Shown one piece after another: positions 52,473 through 61,400 of a stretch of DNA of 64,000 nt. The DNA lies in assembly GCA_016840085.1 (NCBI GenBank), contig JAEOTA010000081.1, positions 1 to 64,000 on the forward strand, in the 5' to 3' direction. Position 1 is the stretch's first letter. Every line of letters starts with the position of its first letter. The notes under the pieces were generated by a model. That model had not been told where the DNA came from. It searched no databases and was given only the letters and a program-made list of their open reading frames with translations. The DNA comes from Promethearchaeota archaeon. GTDB taxonomy: Archaea; Asgardarchaeota; Lokiarchaeia; Sigyniarchaeales; SOKP01. The translations under genes and the position numbers were made by a program.

Positions 52473-53012
52473 ATTAGAGAAGAGACTGATTATACAGAAT
52501 CTATTGAGAGTTATAAAAACGATCCAAACGTTATTCTAGAACCATGGGGTAGAAGTATAGATCATTTACGATTAACCATTATTGGTAAAAAAGGAACACC
52601 TTATGCTGATGGAAAGTTCGTTTTTGAAATCAAGTTCCCTGAGAACTACCCGTTCGCTCCGCCCTACGCTTACGCAGTTACTTTAATGTGGCACCCTAAC
52701 ATTGATTCATCTATTCCACCAGGGAAATTGAATATATGTTTAGATTTAATTAATCCAGATTTAGTAGGTAAAGTTGATGCGAGTACAGGAGCAAGCGGAT
52801 GGACACCTTCAAAAACTCTAACTAATATTATTGAAGCACTGAAGGGCATGATGCATATAGAGTTATGTGAATATCTCGCATAACGTGTAAAGCCGCCCTT
52901 CTTTAATCCTGGCGATCCCCTTAATCATGAAGCAGGTGAACAGTATTTTCGTGCTTTAAAGAAATTTGAAGCTAAAGCTAAAAGCTGGACAGCCAAATAT
53001 GCCATCGACTAG
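52473..53012 (+). CDS. Ubiquitin-conjugating enzyme E2, split by a BHB intron (52861-52890); probable ATT/ATA start; about 169 aa spliced
   Basis: GTPYADGKF...FPENYPFAPP...WHPNID...NICLDLI...WTP...; after the insert, EPPFFNPGDPLNHEAG...KAKSWTAKYA. Confidence 0.9.
52861..52890 (+). other. Putative 30-nt BHB intron in E2 mRNA
   Basis: GC-AUAU-AG^A-GUUAUG...CAUAAC-GUGU-AA^A-GC; contains an in-frame TAA at 52881. Confidence 0.85.
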
Positions 53013-53084
53013 AGGAATTTAACTATCTTTTATTTCCTATTTTTATTTTTTATGTTTTAATTTATTTGGTTTAAGAAATTCAAA

Positions 53085-53119
53085 CTCATATTTCATAGAT
53101 TAGCTCATATCTCATAGAT
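53085..53119. repeat. Direct repeat CTCATAT(T/C)TCATAGAT x2, period 19 bp, upstream of the Fe-S gene
   Basis: Seen in sequence. Confidence 0.55.
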
Positions 53120-53210
53120 CACCTGTTATTATTAATAACCCAATTTCTTTAAATTGTTAATCCAAATATTTATTATAACGATTTGATTAAAGCAAATAAT
53201 TAATTAAAAA

Positions 53211-54092
53211 GTGGATTTATTGCTAAAAAAATCGACAGGGTTAAGATCTAAGGTTATAAAGATGGATAAATTTGATATCTCTTCTTTTACAGATATTTTA
53301 GCTGATAAGGCTGGAAAAATAATTCCAGAAATTTTCAAGGGTGTACAAAAAGCAAGAAGAGATTATAAAAATGAAATTAAAATACTTCCAGATGAGATTA
53401 AATATGCATCTGCAGAGTTATGGGAAGAGATTATTGGAAAAGCAATATCATTGGGAATAGATTTAATAGGATTTGCTCCTATTGATGAGAATTTAATTTT
53501 TGAGAATGATTATGTTGGTGGAATCGAAATGTTATATGAAAACGGAATTGTATTAGGTATGGAAATGAATTATGATGCAATAAATACTGCACCTAAACCC
53601 CCAGCAGGTTTAGAATCATTAAGAATTTATGCGGAATTAGGTAATGCTACGAATAAATTAGTTGATTTTATTCGTTCAAAAGGATATAAAGCAATTGCTT
53701 GTCATCCTTTAGGTGGTCCTATACTTTATCCCGCAATGGCAGTTAAAGCAAAATTAGGAAAAATAGGAAAGCAGGGTCTTTTAATCACAAAAAAGTATGG
53801 TCCCCGGCAAAGGTTATCTATTATTGCAATAAATGCTACTCCCCTTCCTGAAAATCAATGTGAAGATTTTGAAATTTCTGAGTTTTGTGAGAGATGTAGA
53901 AGATGCATTCATTTTTGCCCTGTTAATGCAATTTTTGAAGATCCTCTTGTCAAAAAAAATGGAACAATAACCCGAATCGATAGCAACAAATGTTTTGAGT
54001 ATTTTTACGAAACTACTGGTTGTTCAGTATGTATTGAAACATGTCCCTTTCATAAAATTGGTTCTGAAGTACTTTATTATAGACAGCTATAA
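53211..54092 (+). CDS. QueG / reductive-dehalogenase-like Fe-S protein
   Basis: AKLGKIGKQGLLIT..YGPRQR; FCERCRRCIHFCP and GCSVCIETCPF. Confidence 0.85.
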   Translation: MDLLLKKSTGLRSKVIKMDKFDISSFTDILADKAGKIIPEIFKGVQKARRDYKNEIKILPDEIKYASAELWEEIIGKAISLGIDLIGFAPIDENLIFENDYVGGIEMLYENGIVLGMEMNYDAINTAPKPPAGLESLRIYAELGNATNKLVDFIRSKGYKAIACHPLGGPILYPAMAVKAKLGKIGKQGLLITKKYGPRQRLSIIAINATPLPENQCEDFEISEFCERCRRCIHFCPVNAIFEDPLVKKNGTITRIDSNKCFEYFYETTGCSVCIETCPFHKIGSEVLYYRQL

Positions 54093-54126
54093 CAAATTCC
54101 CTAAATTATATTTAAATTAAGTAAAC

Positions 54127-54747
54127 ATGCGAAATATTTCTTTTAAAGATAAGAAAGTAATCATTTTTGATTTAGATGGGACTATTGTATACTTAAAAGC
54201 GGATTGGATATCTTTGAAAAGAAAACTAGTTGAAAAATATAATAAGCTTTATGATGATTATTGCAATTTTGATAGCGTGTCTGTATGTCTTAGTAAAATA
54301 GTAGAAAGAGAAGATGAAAAAGCGCTTGCAGATTTCATTAAAATTATTCGCCAGTATGAACTTGAAAATATCGAAGAAAACAAACCAATTAAAGAGTCAA
54401 TTTTTTTTATTAATAATAAAGAGTTATTTGGTATAGAAGAAAAGAGTAAATTCGTAATTTTGTCTCTTAATACAAGAAGTACTATAATCAAATCATTAAA
54501 ATTAGCGAAAATATTCAAAAAAATTGATTTTATAGTAGGAAGAGAGGATGTCCGAAAATGGAAACCAGATCCAGAAGGAATTTTTAAAATAAAAGCTCAT
54601 TATAATTTGAGAAATGAAGAAATGATTTATTTTGGGGATTTGGAAAAAGACATGATAACTGGGAAAAATGCTGGTATTGAAGCTTACTATATAGATGATT
54701 TAATTAATCTTGTTAATAAAAAGAAGTCTGGATTAAAAACTATCTAA
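54127..54747 (+). CDS. HAD-superfamily hydrolase
   Basis: IFDLDGT, KPDPEG and GD...D motifs. Confidence 0.9.
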   Translation: MRNISFKDKKVIIFDLDGTIVYLKADWISLKRKLVEKYNKLYDDYCNFDSVSVCLSKIVEREDEKALADFIKIIRQYELENIEENKPIKESIFFINNKELFGIEEKSKFVILSLNTRSTIIKSLKLAKIFKKIDFIVGREDVRKWKPDPEGIFKIKAHYNLRNEEMIYFGDLEKDMITGKNAGIEAYYIDDLINLVNKKKSGLKTI

Positions 54748-54767
54748 ATTTGTTCCATAATAAGTTA

Positions 54768-55367
54768 TTAGATTTTCATAAAGGTAAAGACTTCATCCTT
54801 TTTTTCAATATATTTGAACAAACCATAATTAGTTACTTTTGTAATAATTTGATCGTCCTTTAGATGATGGTCATCAACTGATAACCATCCATTATCTTTT
54901 AAAACTCGATACAATTCTCTTAAAATATTTTCTGGATCTGATAAGTGATGAAAAATATCCAATAAAAGAACTACATCAACGGTATTATCTTCTAGTTTTG
55001 TATTACATTCAGTTAGAATTGTTTCAATATTACAAAGTCCTCTTTTTTCTGCTCTTTTTTTGACATCTTCAATAGCTAAAGGATGAATATCAGCTGCATA
55101 TACTTTTCCTGTCTTACCAACTGCCTCTGCTGCGGCAATAGTATAACTCCCTGGACCACATCCATAATCTAATACAAAATTTCCTTTTTTTATTTTAGTT
55201 TTTTCTATTTTTAGATTTGGTGGATAGTTTTTATCACGTTTTTCAAAATGTTTAATCATAAATTTAAAATGAGTTTTGCTCATGGGTTTATCTTTTTCCC
55301 TTTTTTCTGGAATTACTAACACCCCTATTTTAAATATTAATATAAGAATAAAAAAATGGAATTTCAC
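54768..55367 (-). CDS. Class I SAM-dependent methyltransferase (true start probably downstream of 55367)
   Basis: VLDYGCGPG and RVLK..G motifs. Confidence 0.9.
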   Translation of the reverse strand: MKFHFFILILIFKIGVLVIPEKREKDKPMSKTHFKFMIKHFEKRDKNYPPNLKIEKTKIKKGNFVLDYGCGPGSYTIAAAEAVGKTGKVYAADIHPLAIEDVKKRAEKRGLCNIETILTECNTKLEDNTVDVVLLLDIFHHLSDPENILRELYRVLKDNGWLSVDDHHLKDDQIITKVTNYGLFKYIEKKDEVFTFMKI

Positions 55368-56977
55368 ATAAAAGTGATTATAACATTATATTTTTTAATC
55401 TCTGATTCTGCTAGTGCTTTTCCCAAAGGAGTTAACATAATTATATCATTTGATTTTATTTTTACTGAAGTTAACTTAATATCAGGATCTTTTAGTGAAG
55501 GCATGTACGGATTCCAATAAATCTCTTTAGTCATTGGATTAGTAATCATCCAAAATTCTGGATCTAGTTTGTGTCCTGAAACTTCCATTGCGTTAAATAT
55601 ATAACCAATATCAGCGTCAAAAGGCACTACAATTTGTACATTTTCTTCACCTTCAATCTTTCCACATGCTAAACAATCATCTCTTTTTATGATGTTTAGA
55701 TGATCAAATTGACCGTAAATGCCATTGTAATTCACATAGGGAGGATCCATCGGAGATCCAATATTTCTGCTGTTAACTCGAAATAATAGTTTGAGTGCTT
55801 CTTGAGATTGGATACTTGCAATTACGGAACTAACTGTTTGGATTGCTGCTATTTTATTTCCGAGAATATTTTCCATTTCTTCAAATTTGTAATCTGGACC
55901 AAAAGTGTTTCTGATATTATTTTTCCATTCTTCAATCTCTGCTTCAGTTAATGTATCTCTTTTCTCTGGAGATACATTTTCATTAAATACTCGCTCTCTT
56001 AATTGTTCTAACTCCTCTTGAGCTAATTCTTTTAGTTTAAGAACGTCAACATTTAAATTAAGATCAGGTTTATGTCCATATTTTTTTTCAAAATTAACTT
56101 CAGCTTTTATAACACAATGATTTCTATTACGGGGTAACCCTTTTAACGTGCACGCTGCAACTAATTTATCGTCAGCTGGAGGAATTGGAACTAAGCATCT
56201 ATAACATGGAGTTTGATCTAAAAGTTCGGGGGCATATTTCCAATCAAAAACCATTTCAATCTCTCTTCTGAATTTTTCTTTTAATGGATTAATTTTTTCT
56301 TCATTTAACCGTTCTATTTCTTCTTCTAGGTCTTCAATTCTTTTCTGGGCTTGAAAATATTCAGGGTATTCCATTTCAGTAATTTCCCAAAGTCTTGCTT
56401 CTACTAAATTATCGATCTCTCTTTCTTTATCTTTATATTGTAAACCAGAACCCTCAGGGATTACAATTTGAACATGACCTTCAAAAGCATGTGTAGCTCC
56501 TTCGACCATAGGTTTTTTTAGTCTAAGACAGATTTTATTTAAGTCCAATCTAGCATTAAAATTATCTAATGCTCCTATAACTACATCTGCTTCTTCATAT
56601 ACAGCCATAGGTAATTTTTGAAGCTTTTCAAAATAAAAATCAACTTTTAGAAAAAGATTCATTTCTTTCAATCGTTCTGCTGCCACTTCAGCTTTAGGTC
56701 GTCCCTCATCTCCCGGTTTAAATAGCATTTGTCTAGATAAATTTGAGGTTTCAATAGTATCTAAATCCACTAAGATCAGTTTACCTATACCCATCAGAGC
56801 GAAATCTTTTGCGATTTCACAGCCCTTCACGAAAATTATTGTTTATAATATTCCTAATGCGCCTACTCCGATGATTAAAATACATCCCTTATTTATAACA
56901 TCTTGATCCCAGCCATCAATTAATTGTTGTCGGGCATACATGCGCGACTTAACAAAATCTTCTACTTTTTCAGTCAT
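55364..56977 (-). CDS. Ubiquitin-like activating enzyme E1 (Uba3/Uba2-like), split by a BHB intron (56825-56854); 527 aa spliced
   Basis: Exon 1 MTEKVEDFVKSRMYARQQLIDGWDQDVINKGCILIIGVGAL joins GCEIAKD; D..E.SNLSRQ, ALDN..AR, PCYRC, catalytic ACTLKGLPRNRNHC and CLACG motifs. Confidence 0.92.
56825..56854 (-). other. Putative 30-nt BHB intron in E1 mRNA
   Basis: GGC-GCAU-UA^G-GAAUAUUAU...AUAAUUUUC-GUGA-AG^G-GCU; contains an in-frame TAA. Confidence 0.85.
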
Positions 56978-57110
56978 TTTTAATGCCTTTATTTGTGGGT
57001 ATTATAATAATATTATTTTTTCATCAGAATTTAAACTCTTTTAGTTAATTTTAGAGATAGGTTATTTTTAATTTCCCTTTATGAAATCAAAATTCTATTC
57101 TTTATTTTAA

Positions 57111-58307
57111 CTATGAAATCGTAATAGAATATGGGTGTAACCCTACACCCTCTATCCCATCTGCCAATATGGCTTTTGGGACTGCTTTTTTAAGGATATT
57201 ATATGCACCATTTACATCCGCATTGATAATAATCCCTTCTTGACTGTGATATAAACCCCTACAAATACGCTTTCCTTGAAATTTTTCATGTTTTTTTATA
57301 GATTCATTATCTAAGAAACTACATCTCGAAGTGAAAGATTCTGGCTCTAATATAACATCAATCTCGATTAACTCTGATTTATATTTAATTTGGGACATAA
57401 ATTTGGAAAAAGGAATTTGGACAAAGTTTTGGTTATTACGCTTTCCAATTTTTATTTTATGTTTCCAAGATTTATTATAACCAATGACTATCGTTCCAAA
57501 ATTGTGGTTAATGCAATAATTTATCACTGCTCTCGAAATTTTATGGAAGATATCATTAATTTTATTGTTTCTTTTCCGGGTTAGCCATTGCATTCTTTTT
57601 GTTTCAGAACCGATCCCTTGCTTATCCTTTTTGCTTTTATATCTAGCAAGTTGTTTGTTGTAGAATTGATTAATAGATTTCACAACACCACCTTTAATAA
57701 CAACAGGTTGTAACCCCGCATTATTTACCATAGTTATGATATTGTTCAACCCCAAATCAATCCCAATAACTCTCTTTTTATCTAAATTCAAATTTTTTAC
57801 TTCCTTTTTATAAATAATTTCTAAGATATAATATAATCCTTTTGGAATAATTCTGACGTGGTGTAATTTACTTTTTATACGGGTTTTAACGGGAGGTAAT
57901 TGAGTTTTTTTCGGGAAATAAAGAAAAGCTCCCTTGATCATGCATTGTTGATTCGTAAAAATAATCATACACTCGCCATCTTTCTTTTTGTAACGTGGCG
58001 GTTTTGGAGATCCTAAGTAATTCTCTGGCTGCTTTTTGTGGTTTTTAAGAGATTGGAAAAATGATTTCCAATTTTTATCCACGAGTTTTAAAATTTGCTG
58101 AGCAGTTTGTGAAGGGAGCTTTTTATATGGTTCTTTCTCTTTTAGCATATACCATAAGTCGTAATATCTCAACCAATTACCTAAATAAAAAAACTCTTGT
58201 CTCACATAATAATTGGCAAGATTATAGAGATTTTTAGATAAATGACATAGATAAGATAATTGTGGAGTGTTCTTTAATTGAATCTGTTCTGTTAACCTCA
58301 TTTCCAT
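57111..58307 (-). mobile_element. tnpB: IS200/IS605-family TnpB without tnpA (IS1341-like)
   Basis: SKNLYN.ANY, LPSQTAQQ, GIDLG, IGYN..WK, ESFTSRCS and NADVNGAYNI motifs; terminal hairpin GGGTGTA/TACACCC. Confidence 0.92.
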
Positions 58308-58485
58308 AATATTGAAGGAGAATTTCAGATTTAAAAGAAAAGAGACTGAAGATTTATATTTGATAAAAGAATTTAAAAAAATTAAGGGAAATTAAGAATT
58401 CTCTAGAGATATAAAAAGTATATAGAAAATGATACGTATTAAGCCTATAAAAAAGTATAATTATTAAAATTAAAAAAGCAATATT

Positions 58486-61400
58486 TTAAGTTTTTTTACT
58501 TTTATCAGCTTTTTTAATCATTTTTTTAAGATTATCAATTTCTTCCCTTTCTTTAGCTTGTTTTAATCTTTTTTGTTCTTTCTTCTTTTCCATTTCCTTT
58601 TTCTCAATCTCATCTATAAGTTCTTGTTTAATTTTAATCAAATCACTCATTTTCTTACTGAATTCTTTTGCTTCATCTTTGATTTGTTCTTTTTGCTTTT
58701 TTTCTTTTAATTTTGCTTTACTCCGTCCCTCTTCAATCATTTTCATAACTTTATCTGTATCAATACTAACTTCACTAATTGCTTGTTTCATTTCGGCATC
58801 TTTAGATTCTCTTCTACTTTTTTCTAAGGACCTTTGTTTTTCTAATTGCTTTTGAATTTCATTAATTCGTGATTCCTCGGCTTTAACTCTTTCTTCCAAA
58901 ATCTTAGCATTTTTTATTTCGGTTTCAATATATTTTATCTCTTCTTTCCATCCAATTTCTTTAAATTTAGAAATAGCTGTATTGAACTTTTCATAAGCAT
59001 TTTCAAAATCATGATACGCTGCTAATCTCTTTCCATCATCAATATATTTTAATCCTTCATCTCTAATTTGATCAAAATGTTTCTTTTTAACAAATAATTC
59101 TCTATATTGTTTTTCTTGTCCACGCTTCAGTTGTTCTTGTTCCAATCTTTTCCTTCTTACCTCTTCTTGAAACTTTTCATATTCTATTTGTCTTTGTATT
59201 CGAGCCTCTTCCTCTAACTTCTTCTTTTTAATATAATTAACTTGTTCTTGTTGTAAATCTTTGATTAATGCATTTAAATTATTTATTTCTGGTTCCCATC
59301 CTATATTTTCAGCTAAAATATTTCTTGCTTGGACATATAAAGAAATTGCATTATTAAAATCTGGATTAAGTTGTTTCAAGTATTTTCCGGCTTCGTCGAG
59401 CAAAGAATAAGCAGATTCCCTGACAGTCATTTGTTCTTGAATCATTCTTTCCCTTTGTTTTTGAGCTAATAATTGTGCTCTTTTCTTTTCTTCTTCTTGC
59501 CTTTTTCTTTCATCTATAAGAATTTTTAATGCTTTTTCTTCTTCTAATTTCTCAAATTCTTTCTGAAATTTTAATTCTTCTTGTTCTACTTCTTGCTTCT
59601 TTAATTTATTAACCTTAAGAATCATATTATTAATAGAATCTGTTGGAAACTGTAATTCATTCAAGATTAATCCTGCTTTTCTATATCTTTCAATAGCGTT
59701 TTCATAATTCGATGCTTTTAGAAATTTCTCTGCATCATCAAGGATTTTAAATGCAGATTCTTTCCTCTTCTCAAGTCTAGCTTTCAATTCTTCTTTCTCC
59801 TGGATCTCGATTTGCTTATTCTGTAATCTTTCTCTTTCGTTTTTAAAAAAAGTAGATATTTGTTCTTCAAACTCCCACACCTCTCTTTCTCTCTGTATAC
59901 TGAGTTCTAAATCCTTTTGTCTTTGTAATTGATGGTCTTTTTTCTTCTCTCGGACTTTTTGAATTGTTTCTCTAATTGCTTCTGTTGGGAATGAAATTTC
60001 GTTTAAAATTAATTCTGCTGTATGATAATATTCAAGTGCTTTATTATATCGCGCTTGATTCATATATATCTCTGCTTCATCTAGTATACTAAAAGCCTCA
60101 TCTTTTCTCTTTTCCATATAAGCACGATGCTTTTTTTGTTTTTCAAGTTCATTCTGCTGACTCTTCATTCTCAATTCATTAATTTTTATGCTTTCAGCTA
60201 TTTTTTGTTGAAAATCAAATTGTTCACGCTCTTTCTGAAGTTTAGATTCTAACTCCATTTGCTTTGTAGTTATTTCTTCCCTACTTTTCATTTGAACCTT
60301 ATAAATCATATCTCTAATCAAATTTGTTGGAAATCCTATTTCACTTAAAATTAATTCTGCTTTATGATACATTTCAGTTGCTTTATCATATTCAGCTTGC
60401 TTTAACAACTTTTCAGCAAGATCCATAATCTCAAAGGCTTCTATTTTACGTGATTCCATTTTCTGTAATAAATTTTCGCGTTCTTGTATTTTTAATTCTT
60501 TTAATTCTAATCTTTTCTTTTCTCTTAACATACTTTCAGAGATCTTTGATTGAAATTGTTGTTGTTCTTGTTGTTGGTTAATCTTCAATTCTTGTTCTAT
60601 TTCTTTTTGTTTTTCTAAATCTCTCTTTCTCTTTTCAATTGTATTTATCGTATTAGTTAATAACTTCAGATATTCACGGGTCCAACCTATTTCAGTTAAT
60701 ATATGAATCGCATGTTGATAACTTACTAATGCATTATCAAAATCTTTGTGTTTAACTGATTCATACCCATTATTAATTAAATTAAAAGCTTCTTGTTGCT
60801 TGACTAAATTTTGAGCACTTATGAGTTTTTGACTTTTTAAATTTTCTTCTTCTTCTATTGCCATTGCTCTTTCTTTCTTTCTGTATAATTTTATTTGTTC
60901 CATAAACTCATAATTCGCTTTTTCCTTATCTATTGATTCTTGTAGTAATTTTGCCTTTTGTATATCATCTTCTCTCTTTTTTTTCATGATATTCTGAATT
61001 GCATTTTCAAGAATGGGTATTTCATCGTCCCATTGAATTTGGGCAAAATTGTTTGCAACATCTCGATATATATCAATTGACTCTTCAAATCTTCCTTTCG
61101 AGAGTAAATCTTGAGCTTTATCCAATAATTTAAAACCCTCTTCTCTTTTTTTCTCTCTATATACTAATTCTTCTTCTTTTTTTCTTAATTTTATCTCTCT
61201 TTGTCTTAATTTTTCACGTTGAGTTTTCATTTCTTCTGATATAAGTTCATGAAATAATTTTTCTTCCTTTTCTCGCTCAAGACTTGCTTTTAATTCCATC
61301 TGTTTTTTAACTTCCATCTTATATTTTTTATTCTCAACCTCATTAATAGATCTTTGAATTAAATCAATTTCATCATGCCATTGAATCTCTGTAAAAATAT

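Noticed and set aside
52466-52477. ATG at 52466 as the E2 start
   Set aside because: Out of frame and stops after three codons; it overlaps the SD motif
52861-52890. E2 and E1 stops read as pseudogenisation or readthrough
   Set aside because: Both stops are TAA inside exactly 30 extra nt that form BHB motifs, and removal restores consensus motifs; readthrough would leave 10 residues inside the E1 glycine-rich loop
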